DNA of 64,000 nt from Bdellovibrionota bacterium (GTDB taxonomy: Bacteria > Bdellovibrionota_C > UBA2361 > JAAYZI01). Below the pieces are notes generated by a model that had not been told where the DNA came from, searched no databases, and saw only the letters and a list, made by a program, of their open reading frames with translations. The stretch is from assembly GCA_050950765.1 (NCBI GenBank), contig JBMNIF010000001.1, positions 224,001-288,000 on the forward strand, given 5' to 3'. This document shows positions 1 to 10,052 of this stretch, piece by piece (position 1 is the stretch's first letter; each line of letters opens with the position of its first letter). The position numbers and the translations under genes are program-made.

Positions 1-1
1 T

Positions 2-937
2 TTTGATTTTGTTGGTGTAGATACTCTCACTGCTGATGCTGAAATAATAGAACTTATTATGGCGCAGATGCAGGGCTTAGGGTTAAGCGATTTTGTAGTT
101 AGAATTAATAACCGTAAAAGTATGAACGGGCTGGCGCACTCTTTAGGGATACAAGACAAAGCTTCTGATATGCTTAGAGTAATAGATAAGTATGATAAGA
201 TCGGAAGAGATGGTGTGAGATCAGAGTTGAAGAAAGAGCTTTTAATAGGTGATGATCTGATAGATGAGGTCCTTGCGTTTGTTGAAATTACAGCAGAGTC
301 AGACGCTACCGTTTTTGAAAGAGTGCAAGTTTACAAAGAGAAAAATGAACTTTTAAAAATAGGCTTGGAAGAGTTGGAACAGATCTCTGATATCCTCAAG
401 CAATCCGGATTGGGTGCATACTTTAAGATCGATTTCACCATAGCTAGAGGCTTGGGATATTATACGGGGATAGTTTATGAGACTAATTTAAAGTCGATGC
501 CTGAAATAGGTAGCGTGTGTTCCGGCGGACGATATGACGGATTAACGCAGAACTTTAGTAAAGAACGACTCCCTGGGGTTGGTGCTTCCATAGGGCTGGA
601 TCGTTTGATCGCTGCACTATTAAAATTAGAGATAATGGAGACGGCTAATACACCAGCTAAGTTACTTCTGACCTTGATGGATATTAAAGAGTGTGGTGCT
701 GTTCACAAATTAGCTGCACAGTTTAGATCGCTAGGAGTTGCTACGGAGGTTTATCCAGAACCAGCTAAGTTGAAAAAACAGTTTCAGTACGCCGATAGAA
801 AGGGGCATAAGTTCGTAGCAGTAATCGGTGCAGCAGAATTAGCTGCTGGAACAGTTTCACTGCGTAACGTAGAGAGCGGAGATCAACAAAGTTGTGCTTC
901 AGTACAGGAAGCTGTGAAAATTATCACTACTACTTAA
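2..937 (+). CDS. hisS: Histidyl-tRNA synthetase, 5'-truncated by the window edge
   Basis: Motifs ARGLGYYTG, GGRYD, GASIGLDRL and a C-terminal anticodon-binding domain (KLKKQFQYAD). The frame is open from base 2 (FDFVG...). Confidence 0.95.
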   Translation, partial: FDFVGVDTLTADAEIIELIMAQMQGLGLSDFVVRINNRKSMNGLAHSLGIQDKASDMLRVIDKYDKIGRDGVRSELKKELLIGDDLIDEVLAFVEITAESDATVFERVQVYKEKNELLKIGLEELEQISDILKQSGLGAYFKIDFTIARGLGYYTGIVYETNLKSMPEIGSVCSGGRYDGLTQNFSKERLPGVGASIGLDRLIAALLKLEIMETANTPAKLLLTLMDIKECGAVHKLAAQFRSLGVATEVYPEPAKLKKQFQYADRKGHKFVAVIGAAELAAGTVSLRNVESGDQQSCASVQEAVKIITTT

Positions 938-981
938 GAAAAAGCGTCCTTAAAAACTTCTTCTTATATTTCAATAGGTCA

Positions 982-2035
982 GTTTTTTAACCCCCGTGGA
1001 AATCTAGCCGATTCATTTTTTAGTTGCAGCCCGTCCTGCCGTCCTTGAAGGGTGGCACCAGTTTTTTAACCCCCGTGGAAATCTAGCCGATTCATTTTTT
1101 AGTTACAGCCTGTTCTATCATCCTTGAAGGGTGGCAGCAGATTTTTGACCTCCGTAGAGACCTAACCGATTCGGTTTTTAGTTGCAGCCCGTTCAACCGT
1201 CCTTGAAGGGTGCCGTTCTTGGTGGGTGGCACCAGTGACAGCCAGCTAAAAAGAAGGGTGGCACCAAAACTGCCGAATTTGAAACTTTTGTTAACATCTT
1301 GATATTATTAGAAGTTGTGATTTTGAAGTTTGGGTGTCCTATTTGCAAAGCGTCTGCGACGCTGAAGGGTGGCACCAGTGACAGCCAGCTAAAAAGAAGG
1401 GTGGCACCAAAACTGCCGCATCCTTGAAGGGTGGCACCAGATTTTTGACCTCCGTAGAGACCTAACTGATCCCGTTTTTTAGTTGCAGCCCGTCCCGTTA
1501 CTGGTGGGTAGTACCAAAACTGCCGAACCGATAAAGAAGGGTGGCACCAAAACTGCCGAATTTGAAACTTTTGTTAACATCTTGATATTATTAGAAATTG
1601 TGATTTTGAAGTTTGGGTGTCCTATTTGCAAAGCGTCTGCGACGCTGAAGGGTGGCACCAAATTTTTAACCTCCGTAGAGACCTAACCAATTTGTTTTTT
1701 AGTTGCAGCCCGTCCCGTTACTGGTGGGTGGCACCAAAACTGCCGAACCGATAAAGAAGGGTGGCACCAAAACTGCCGAATTTTGGGTTTCTACTAACGT
1801 CTTAATATTATTAGAAGTTGTGATTTTGAAGTTTGAGTGTCCTATTTGCAAAGCGTCTGCGACGCTGAAGGGTGGCACCAGTGACAGCCAGCTAAAAAGA
1901 AGGGTGGCACCAAAACTGCCGAATTTGAAACTTTTGTTAACATCTTGATATTATTAGATGTTGTGATTTTAGAGTCTTTTAGCTCTAATGGGTGGCACCA
2001 AATTTTTCAGTTCCTAATGGGTGGCACCAAATTTT
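982..2035. repeat. Modular intergenic repeat cluster 1 (core GGGTGGCACCA, + orientation)
   Basis: About 15 copies of the core separated by reused modules of ~32, ~77 and ~110 bp. Lies between the convergent hisS and nth stops. Confidence 0.95.
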
Positions 2036-2668
2036 TTAGTTGTTAATGTTGCAAGAGGGGCAGATCTTACATAGCTTACACTCATCACAGAGCGGATTTC
2101 TTGCTTTGCAGACACGACGACCGTGATAGATCAGTTGATGATGAAGATCGCGCCAACTGTCAGCAGGAAATTGTTTTGTTAAATCACCCTCAACCCCCTC
2201 TGGCGTTTTGGCGGAAGATAACCCTAAACGGTTTGAAACTCTAAGTACGTGCGTATCAACCGGCATTGCTGGTCTAATCCCTTTTTCACACTGTATAACA
2301 TTAGCAGTTTTTCTCCCTACCCCGTGAAGACTTATCAGATCGTCATGCTCCGTAGGTAAAGTGCCATTAAAATTTTCCATAATGCGTTTGGCAAGTTGTA
2401 CAATATTTTTTGACTTCGTCTTGTAGTAATTAACTTCACGGATTATCTCCTCAACATCTTTCTCTTTAGCAAGACTGAGCTCTTTAAAGTTACGATACCT
2501 CTTAAATAAAGAGGGTGTAACTTGATTAACTTTTTTGTCCGTACATTGAGCAGATAAGACTACTGCGATAATTAATTGATAATCGTTTTTAAAGTGTAGC
2601 TCCGAAGAAGGGTTCGGATAAAGTTCTGATAAAAGAGTTAATAACCGTTTTCGCTTTTGAGGTGTCAT
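2036..2668 (-). CDS. nth: Endonuclease III
   Basis: LSAQCTD, HhH GVGRKTAN, VDTHV and the Fe-S motif C-x6-C-x2-C-x5-C. Confidence 0.95.
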   Translation of the reverse strand: MTPQKRKRLLTLLSELYPNPSSELHFKNDYQLIIAVVLSAQCTDKKVNQVTPSLFKRYRNFKELSLAKEKDVEEIIREVNYYKTKSKNIVQLAKRIMENFNGTLPTEHDDLISLHGVGRKTANVIQCEKGIRPAMPVDTHVLRVSNRLGLSSAKTPEGVEGDLTKQFPADSWRDLHHQLIYHGRRVCKARNPLCDECKLCKICPSCNINN

Positions 2669-2714
2669 AATAGCATCTATACCGTTATTTCAACTTTTAT
2701 TAAATTAAGTAAAT

Positions 2715-2876
2715 ATATAAAAAATTATTTAAGAATATTAGAAGTATCAAAAGATATCACCTCCCCCTTTTTTATCTCTGGGATTGTGCTTAAGGTTTTA
2801 GCTAACGGTGCAAAATGCGGTACTAACGGGAGGGAACGTCCGGTCCGTTTAAGTTCTAGCCGTAGATAATATTGAA
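2715..2876 (-). pseudogene. Degenerate copy of the 3' end of the phosphotransferase gene (4958-5093 plus 5162-5182)
   Basis: Direct alignment by eye, e.g. agctaacggtgcaaaatgcggtactaacgg is identical in both copies. The copy has an internal deletion of ~68 bp. Confidence 0.85.
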
Positions 2877-2997
2877 ATAGATCCCCCCCCTTACGTATGT
2901 TAAGAGGTAGTATCTTCCATTAATAAGACGTAATTCCTTTCTTTTATCTCGATATTTTATTGCCTAATTAGGAGGGGGATTTTTGTTTTCTTTTTAT

Positions 2998-4825
2998 CCT
3001 AAATTCCGCAATTTTTATCTTTTCTCCATTCCAGAAATAAGCCACCGTATTTTTTATTGATATTTTAGTTAGTTATATATTTTTCTATATTGACATTTCC
3101 TGTTTGTATGGTATGATTGCCCTATACATATTAGGGAGGTTTTTTATGAAAAAAATAACTAAAAAAGTTGACTTACCAGATAGGCAAATTGCTCGTAAGA
3201 AAAACAAAAATGGGACTACTTATATCTATTACAGGATGAACTTTCGTCGTGAAAATGGAGAGCCTACGTTTGATGAAATAGGTATAGGGAAGCTAGATGA
3301 AAGCGGTAAGAAATTAATTCCTAATAGAAATTACTATGATTTGTTTCCAGATGATTCTAATAGATATGTTATTAGCAATAAATCTTTTGGTCTTACTTAT
3401 GTTTTAAATAAGATTGTAAAAGATTTAAGGTTAGACAAGACATTGCTTTCAATTTTTGGAAATGACACATACGAGATTTTAACTTTAGCGTTTTATATTC
3501 TAGCAAATGGAAATGTAGTATCACATGCTTCAAGTTGGATAGATGATAGTGTCTTACCATATGAAATTTCTGAATTAACAAGTCAAAAAATAAGTCGTCT
3601 TTTTGAACGTATTGACTACGAGAAAAGACTTAATTTTTTTAAGAAATGGACGAAGCGATATTTAGCTCAAGAATGTTGGTATTATGACGTAACTTCCATA
3701 TCTTCTTATAGTAAAAAAATAAGCATATTGGAGTTTGGCTATAATAGGGATATGGATAAATTGCCGCAAATAAATATAGGTATGTGCTACGGCTCTACAA
3801 CGAAGCTTCCTTTATTCTATCAAGTTTATAATGGCAGCATTACAGATAAGACATATTTTAGTTTTCTTTTAAGAGACTTTCCATTTATTAGTCTTAATAA
3901 TCGTATTAACCTTGTTACGGATCAAGGTTTTGTGACGCAAGATAATTTAGCGGAAGTAGCAAATGAAGAAGGGCAAAAGTTTGGACTACTTTGTCCTTTG
4001 CCACTATATTGGAATGACGCTAAAAGAATATTAGAAAATCACACTGCACTTATTAAGCAAGATGCTAATTATATAAAAGGAACCTCTACTTTTGGTTGTT
4101 CTGTAATAGATACTGTTATGGGACAACCTGTAAAGATTTATGTTTATTACAATATGGGAAAGGCGCCATATGAGATAGTTCAATTTTACGAGAAAATTTC
4201 TAGAATGGAAGAAGAGTTAGAAGAACTGAAAAAATTAAAATACTCTTTGCTGGATCGTAAAAAATATAGGAAATATTTTGATATTAAAATAAATGAAGAT
4301 GGTTTCACTTATGAAAAAAAATCAGAAGCTATAGATGAATACTTGAGAAATTGTGGCTTCTTAATTTTGATTGGTATTGGTTGTGATTCAAATCCGAGTG
4401 AAGCACTTTTTCGTTATCGTCAAAAAGATGTAATTGAAAAACAATTTTTCCAGCTAAAAAATGAAATTGATTTTAGAAGACTTAAAACACATAATCTTCA
4501 AACCACAGAAGGAAAACTTTTTGTTGGATTTTTAGCTCTTATACTTAGAAGTTATATTCTTAATTTACTTAAAAATGATACAAGGCAAAAAAAGTTTAAT
4601 ATACCTGATGTCATTAAAGAGCTTCAAAAAATTAAAGTTATAGAAACTAAAAATGGCAGTAAATTAATGGTTCCGTTAACAAAAAAACAAAAGGATATTT
4701 TGAAAATTTTCAATATTGAAGAAGATGACTTTCTAAAAAGTATTTTTAAGAAAAAGTAAGATTATACCGCTCGAAAGCTACCTTTAAAAACACGTTTGTA
4801 TGGTATAATTTCGCGGGAATTCAGG
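2998..4825 (+). mobile_element. IS1634-family insertion sequence, copy 1 (1828 bp)
   Basis: Ends are CCTAAATTCC and GGAATTCAGG (imperfect IR), defined by identity with copy 2. AT-rich. Only a 4-bp TTAT flanking duplication is visible. Confidence 0.9.
3146..4759 (+). CDS. IS1634-family DDE transposase
   Basis: YYDVTSISSY, GYNRD..LPQ, TDQGF and YRQKDVIEKQFFQLK motifs. ATG at 3146 follows the SD GGGAGG. Confidence 0.88.
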   Translation: MKKITKKVDLPDRQIARKKNKNGTTYIYYRMNFRRENGEPTFDEIGIGKLDESGKKLIPNRNYYDLFPDDSNRYVISNKSFGLTYVLNKIVKDLRLDKTLLSIFGNDTYEILTLAFYILANGNVVSHASSWIDDSVLPYEISELTSQKISRLFERIDYEKRLNFFKKWTKRYLAQECWYYDVTSISSYSKKISILEFGYNRDMDKLPQINIGMCYGSTTKLPLFYQVYNGSITDKTYFSFLLRDFPFISLNNRINLVTDQGFVTQDNLAEVANEEGQKFGLLCPLPLYWNDAKRILENHTALIKQDANYIKGTSTFGCSVIDTVMGQPVKIYVYYNMGKAPYEIVQFYEKISRMEEELEELKKLKYSLLDRKKYRKYFDIKINEDGFTYEKKSEAIDEYLRNCGFLILIGIGCDSNPSEALFRYRQKDVIEKQFFQLKNEIDFRRLKTHNLQTTEGKLFVGFLALILRSYILNLLKNDTRQKKFNIPDVIKELQKIKVIETKNGSKLMVPLTKKQKDILKIFNIEEDDFLKSIFKKK

Positions 4826-4979
4826 TTATACCTAAATACGTATATCAAAACAGCAAAAAAGCTAACCCCTTTTATCGCTAATTTTTAAAAGATTTCTATC
4901 GGTTATAACAATATTGCTACTTCATAGTTACGTAAATTACAGAAAAGTTTGAGATAGATATAAAAAATTATTTAAGAGA

Positions 4980-6068
4980 TTAGAAGTGCCAAGGAGATGA
5001 CAGCCCCTTTTCTATCTCTGGGATTGCGCTTAAGACTTCAGCTAACGGTGCAAAATGCGGTACTAACGGAAGGGAACGTCCGATCCGTTTAAGACAACCT
5101 GGGATCCAGCTACGATAAATAGGATTTTGTACCTTCTCAGAGAGTAGATTAAATTGACCAGCTAGCCGTAGATAACGTTGAATCAGAGCTTCGTGGTAGC
5201 TGCGTCGATCTTGCAAAAGGGTAGTATTGTCAAAAAAATAGTTGGCAATTTGAGTGCAAAGATCATCTCCAAGCGCCTGATCCGCATCGCGATCATGAAT
5301 CAACGAAACGATATCGTAGGCAGCAGATCCGACTAACATATCTTGATAATCGATGGTGATAATCTCATTTTTTTGTGAAAGATGGATATTCCAAGGCATG
5401 AAATCTCGGTGCACGAGGGTGCGTGGATGCGCTGCAACACCTGCACAAAGTTCATCCAAAAGGGGCTCCAGCGAAGCGATCATGGAAGGAGGATATCTAT
5501 TTGGCTTTAAGTAGTGCTCAATAAAACGTCTACTTTCTATCTGATATTGATCAAACTCAAGGCTACGCTTGCAAGCGATACTATCTGCAGTAGTCGGGAT
5601 CTTTTGTAGTGTCAGGATAGCGTTAACGGCTTTTTTATATAGTTCGAAGGTAAAAAGAGGGGAGCTTTTTTTAGAGTCGTTGTTTTCGGTGGTGCTTAAT
5701 TTATTAAACGTAAAGTGCCAAAGGGGGAGGTCTCCTGCATCTTCTACAAGGAGAGCGTGTCTATCAGCACTTACTGCAAATATTTTCGGCACACGGTAGC
5801 CGTGACTATTTAAAAATGGGGAGAGCTCGATAAAAGCAAGGTTCGGATCGATAGGTGTTTCAGAGCAAACTACGGGACCTTTGATCTCTGTGGTGAGCAT
5901 TAAGATAACAGAAGCGATCTTTGAGTCAGTAAGAAGGACTCTTAAATAACGCCGCCCAGAGGCATCACCTGTCAGAGGTGTAATCTTAGAGATGCGTGCA
6001 GTTGAAGTAGTAACATTGCTGTTGAGTAGATCTCGTGTCAGACCATATAATTCATCGTCTATCTTCAT
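4980..6068 (-). CDS. APH-family phosphotransferase, probable MurNAc/GlcNAc kinase (AmgK-like)
   Basis: GDASGRRYLR N-terminal motif, Brenner motif HRDFMPWN, IDYQD and YDIVSL. Confidence 0.8.
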   Translation of the reverse strand: MKIDDELYGLTRDLLNSNVTTSTARISKITPLTGDASGRRYLRVLLTDSKIASVILMLTTEIKGPVVCSETPIDPNLAFIELSPFLNSHGYRVPKIFAVSADRHALLVEDAGDLPLWHFTFNKLSTTENNDSKKSSPLFTFELYKKAVNAILTLQKIPTTADSIACKRSLEFDQYQIESRRFIEHYLKPNRYPPSMIASLEPLLDELCAGVAAHPRTLVHRDFMPWNIHLSQKNEIITIDYQDMLVGSAAYDIVSLIHDRDADQALGDDLCTQIANYFFDNTTLLQDRRSYHEALIQRYLRLAGQFNLLSEKVQNPIYRSWIPGCLKRIGRSLPLVPHFAPLAEVLSAIPEIEKGLSSPWHF

Positions 6069-6098
6069 GCTTCTGATTTTACCATGTCAGATTAAACT

Positions 6099-6977
6099 TT
6101 AATATCTGTTATCAGGGGCTATTTCTTGAAAAATTTCATCAAGAACATCAAAAACCATTAAATGCCCCCCCTCTGGAATCGCTTTAAATTTAGAGTGTGG
6201 AATCTTTTCTGCATTGTAACGTCCCATAGCGATCGGAACATAGCAATCATCTTCTCCGTGCCAGATAGACACTGGTATCTCTATACTATCAAGTGCAAAA
6301 CCCCACTCTCGACAGAGGAGCTCAAAATCTTTTGCTGCACCACGCACTCCGTTTTTTAGACCTTCATTGATGGGGGTGGCAACAGAGGTGTCTTTCTTCA
6401 TTTTACTTTCAAGAAGGTCCTTATCACCTTTTGACATAAAAGTTTTTAACCAATAGAACATTAAGGTTGAACTGTTTTTCCATAAAGATGCAACGACGTA
6501 AACAATAGCCGTAGTGCATTTCGGGAAAATTCGACCTGCCTTTAAAAATAGTTTGTTGATAAAAATCATACCGTCAAAAACAGCAGCACCGTCTAAAGGA
6601 GATACTCCACTTACGATATAAACTTTATCAAGTCTGTTCGGAATAAATTTGGCGCAAGCTGCTGTATAAGATGCGCCGCCTGATACTCCAAGAATTGAGA
6701 ACGTTTTAATTTCGAGAGCGTCCGCAATTTCTGTGATAGTGGCGGGAAAATCTATAACTTTTCTATCTTTTATAAAGGTTGAATTGCCATAGCCAGCACG
6801 ATCAATGGCGATTAATCGTATGTGGTATTTTTGTGCAACTTTAAGCGCTGCAAACGCCTCTTTCCTACATCCCGGGAAACCGTGAATATAAAAAACCACA
6901 GTCTCTGATGCTAAGTCTCCTAATTCTAGGATGCCGATCTCAGTGCCGTTTTTTGATTTAAAAACCCAATCTTTCAT
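6099..6977 (-). CDS. Alpha/beta hydrolase
   Basis: HGFPG, nucleophile elbow GVSGG, WHGEDD and GGH. Confidence 0.9.
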   Translation of the reverse strand: MKDWVFKSKNGTEIGILELGDLASETVVFYIHGFPGCRKEAFAALKVAQKYHIRLIAIDRAGYGNSTFIKDRKVIDFPATITEIADALEIKTFSILGVSGGASYTAACAKFIPNRLDKVYIVSGVSPLDGAAVFDGMIFINKLFLKAGRIFPKCTTAIVYVVASLWKNSSTLMFYWLKTFMSKGDKDLLESKMKKDTSVATPINEGLKNGVRGAAKDFELLCREWGFALDSIEIPVSIWHGEDDCYVPIAMGRYNAEKIPHSKFKAIPEGGHLMVFDVLDEIFQEIAPDNRY

Positions 6978-7019
6978 AACTTATTTAACTCGATAAAGAT
7001 GCGCAGTAGGTGTTGCTAC

Positions 7020-7646
7020 TTAGAAATGGATCTGCTCCAGTGATAGGTTAGTCAAAGCAACCCCTTTTATGCAAGTGGCTATGGTGTAATTTGTTAAGTG
7101 ATTGATGATCTGAAAGGTGCACTCTTTAAAATCTTTTTGAGGTGTCTCCAAGAGTGAGATCTGTTCTGAAAGGTTTATACAAAAAGAAGCGGGCGCTAAG
7201 TGGAATCCAGTACCTATACACTTTAGATAGCTCTCTTTGAGAGTCCAAAATTTATAAAAAGTTTCAACACTTTTGTGGCTATTATAATATTCTAGCTCAA
7301 GAGGGTGTAAGATCTTGGCAGCGATACCGTCAAAATCTTTTATACCGTGTTTTTCAATATCACATCCGACCTCACTCTTAGCGCAGAGTAAAATAACGAA
7401 ATCGCCGCTATGAGAGAGATTGAAGTGAAGATCGCCTGAGATATACGGCTTGTTAAAATCGTTTTCTAAGATAGCGGCATCAGATCCGAAAAGGTGTTGT
7501 AAAAGTAAAGCTGCTGCCAGAGAACGTAATCTATCTTGCGGACGACGATAGCGCTGCATCTTTTGTAAACGTGCTGAAGATATTAAAGATGTATAAGACG
7601 CATCTTCAGAAAGGTCTCTTATATCAGTGTAATAAAGTGCAGGCAT
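7020..7646 (-). CDS. 4'-phosphopantetheinyl transferase (Sfp type)
   Basis: KP, FNLSHS, GCDIE and WTLKESYLK motifs. Confidence 0.92.
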   Translation of the reverse strand: MPALYYTDIRDLSEDASYTSLISSARLQKMQRYRRPQDRLRSLAAALLLQHLFGSDAAILENDFNKPYISGDLHFNLSHSGDFVILLCAKSEVGCDIEKHGIKDFDGIAAKILHPLELEYYNSHKSVETFYKFWTLKESYLKCIGTGFHLAPASFCINLSEQISLLETPQKDFKECTFQIINHLTNYTIATCIKGVALTNLSLEQIHF

Positions 7647-7781
7647 ATAGCGCTTAGGGAAAAATCTTTAAAATATAGAGTGCTTCCGTACTTTAAATTG
7701 AGACGGTGACCTTTGCAATATCAACAAAGTGCTGGGGCGCACTACACAGTGTAAATATCAGAGCGCTAAAGTGCCTAAAAG

Positions 7782-7988
7782 TTAGGCTAAAATATCAAGA
7801 ATCTCGTCTTCTGTCTCAGCTAACTTTTTTATAACAACTGCTTGAGCCTTGACGTTCGTTGTCTGAACTTTTACATCAACGATATTTTCTGCGCCTAGAT
7901 CTCCTTTTGAGACTTTTTCTGCTGCTGTCGCAAGACGTGCCTCTGCTACTTGTAAACCTTTTAAAGCATTAGATAACGGGTCAATCAT
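7782..7988 (-). CDS. Small protein resembling the fused N- and C-terminal helices of flagellar rod/hook proteins
   Basis: Starts LSNALKGLQ.A..RL..AA and ends ILDILA. Preceded by a sigma28-like promoter. Confidence 0.55.
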   Translation of the reverse strand: MIDPLSNALKGLQVAEARLATAAEKVSKGDLGAENIVDVKVQTTNVKAQAVVIKKLAETEDEILDILA

Positions 7989-7996
7989 GCTTGGGA

Positions 7997-8023
7997 TGAT
8001 CGGTCAACGCTGAAAAAAGTTTA
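7997..8023 (-). promoter_or_regulatory. Sigma28 (FliA)-like promoter
   Basis: TAAA-N15-ACCGATCA on the minus strand, 8 nt before the ATG at 7988. Confidence 0.6.
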
Positions 8024-8095
8024 GCTTTTAAGGCTATTTTTTATTTAGGTTAATAATAAAAATCAGCCTAGAAGTTAAAAGATTAAAGAGAGAGA

Positions 8096-8428
8096 TTATT
8101 TAAACTCCATACGGAACTCTTTGCCGTGATCTTCAAAGCCGAGCTTCAGGTATAGCTCATGAACTTTAGGGCGAGCATAACGACTTGTTGCGAGGAGTTT
8201 ATAGCAGTGACGCGCCTTTGCTTCTTCTATAATCTGTTTAACAAGGGTAGTTCCGATCCCTTGTCCTCGAAACTCTTCCTCTACAAAGACATCTTCAAGG
8301 AGTCCAAAAGGCTCAACGTGCAGGTCATTTGTCATTAAAAAGAGGGTGGCACGCCCCACCTCTTTCCCGTTTTCTAAGATAGCAATTCTGATCCCTTCTG
8401 CTTTAACAGGATCCTTTTTTATCTCCAT
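8096..8428 (-). CDS. GNAT family N-acetyltransferase
   Basis: Motif A VEEEFRGQGIGTTL and LYLKLGF. Confidence 0.92.
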   Translation of the reverse strand: MEIKKDPVKAEGIRIAILENGKEVGRATLFLMTNDLHVEPFGLLEDVFVEEEFRGQGIGTTLVKQIIEEAKARHCYKLLATSRYARPKVHELYLKLGFEDHGKEFRMEFK

Positions 8429-8643
8429 CGGAACACTCCTCCGCCTTTTAAAAACAATCCAAAAAAATAAAGGTATTAAATCTGCGTAGTTGTACTATAT
8501 TTAAGGAAGCAATAAAAGTAACACTTAGGTTTATAAAGAGTAAAAGGGATTTTCTTTGAATAACTTTCTTTAAATCTATATAATTGCTTTATCTTTGTAG
8601 AGTGGAAGAAGGTAAGGAATTGTATTTGTAAAGGAGTTTAGCG

Positions 8644-9240
8644 ATGTTAAAGCAAGGTTCGCATAAACCGGCTGAAGGGGTGTCTGCTGAAGTGCCAGTA
8701 CAACCGGCTGAAGGGGTGTCTTTAGAAAAAGCTAGTCTTTTTGTCGCGGAGGTCGAAGGATATAGAGATGGGGAAGAAGTGGTGAAGTACCCTTGTTTAA
8801 AAAATGAGGACTACTATCAGGCTAAAACTACATCTCGATATCGGGGTGACATACTTGTAAATTTAAATACACAACTTGAAAAAATATCTGGATTAAAGCC
8901 TACGGGAGAAGTGTATTATATCGATTGCACTCCTGTTAAGAGAGGAGATATCGACTTTCCTTCTTCTTGGGTACCAGTCCTTTCTTTAAATAAAATTGAC
9001 GGATATCAAATTAATATTCCAGATAATAACGATGAAATGATCAGTTATTCTATGATTATCCAAAATACGGATTCGAACCGTATTGAGGAGATTTATAAAA
9101 ATTTACTTAAAAAGTTAGCAGAAGGTAGCATTCTTGCAGATACTGTGAATGAGGTGGCGAAAGAGGTCTCGGAGACTGGAATCGAAACGGGAGTATCTGT
9201 TTATAATTCTAAATATGGAACTATTACTATCGTCAGATAA
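8644..9240 (+). CDS. Hypothetical protein
   Basis: 198-aa ORF with SD AAGGAG and a duplicated PAEGVS N-terminus. No recognisable family. Confidence 0.75.
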   Translation: MLKQGSHKPAEGVSAEVPVQPAEGVSLEKASLFVAEVEGYRDGEEVVKYPCLKNEDYYQAKTTSRYRGDILVNLNTQLEKISGLKPTGEVYYIDCTPVKRGDIDFPSSWVPVLSLNKIDGYQINIPDNNDEMISYSMIIQNTDSNRIEEIYKNLLKKLAEGSILADTVNEVAKEVSETGIETGVSVYNSKYGTITIVR

Positions 9241-9276
9241 AAAAGACACTTAACCATCCCTTATAAAGGTAAAAAA

Positions 9277-9822
9277 TTAAAGTCGTTTAATATATAAAAT
9301 CAAGGTATTGCCGTACCGTTTTTGTCTGGATTCTGCAAAATTAGAGCAGTTAAGTGGTTTGTATTCACGGGGATCGATCTGAATAACGAGCTCTCCGTCA
9401 GGATTAAGTAGGGTAGGCTTAGCATCGACCTCAGATAAAGCTTTAAGCCAGAGCTCTTTATATTGTGGCGGTGCAACGTAAATAATATCAAAAGTTTTTT
9501 CTGTGGTGCGTAAGTAACGAAAGGCATCAATACGGTGTATCTCCGCTTGTGCAATAAGCTTAGTAGTCTCAAGATTTTTTTTGATAATCTCGCAAGCTTT
9601 ATGGTTCATCTCTGTAAAGGTGCAATAGGCAGCACCTTGACTTAAAGCTTCGATACCGATCTGTCCTGTTCCTGCAAAAAGATCTAAAAAAATTGTATCT
9701 GCTAAGGTAGGGCGTAGCGTATCAAAGAGCGCCGTTTTTACACGATTTAAGATCGGTCTGGTGCCATCACCTGGAACTGCCAAGAGTTTTCTGCCTTTTG
9801 CTTTTCCGGCTATAACGTGCAT
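9277..9822 (-). CDS. rsmD: 16S rRNA (guanine966-N2)-methyltransferase
   Basis: VIAGKAKGRKL, TRP, LDLFAGTG, EALSQGA, and APPQY in place of the usual DPPY. Confidence 0.88.
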   Translation of the reverse strand: MHVIAGKAKGRKLLAVPGDGTRPILNRVKTALFDTLRPTLADTIFLDLFAGTGQIGIEALSQGAAYCTFTEMNHKACEIIKKNLETTKLIAQAEIHRIDAFRYLRTTEKTFDIIYVAPPQYKELWLKALSEVDAKPTLLNPDGELVIQIDPREYKPLNCSNFAESRQKRYGNTLILYIKRL

Positions 9823-10052
9823 AATAATTAAACTCCTTTCGAGGTTTAAGTAATGTAATATCAGTGCTTGCCTCTTTTATTTAACCTTGAACCGTTAACT
9901 ATAACTGAGATTTTAAACTCTTTAAAGCGGCTGATCCCGTTTGTGGTGCGTTGCCGCTATACTGTTTAAATAAATATATCTTAACCCTAAAGGAAAGGTT
10001 CAAAACTTGAGGTTGGAATAATTTTTATAAATATTAAGGTGTAAATAGAACG

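Noticed and set aside
1193..1948. Short ORFs in the repeat clusters (also 29591-29800 and 33578-34592)
   Set aside because: They are translations of non-coding modules on both strands, lack SD sequences, and indels between copies do not preserve the frame.
982..2035. CRISPR array
   Set aside because: The constant part is only ~11-15 bp, the intervening segments vary from ~20 to 100 bp and are reused rather than unique, and no cas genes are present.
2715..5093. Diversity-generating retroelement TR/VR pair
   Set aside because: Mismatches are not adenine-specific and include indels, and no reverse transcriptase is present in the window.
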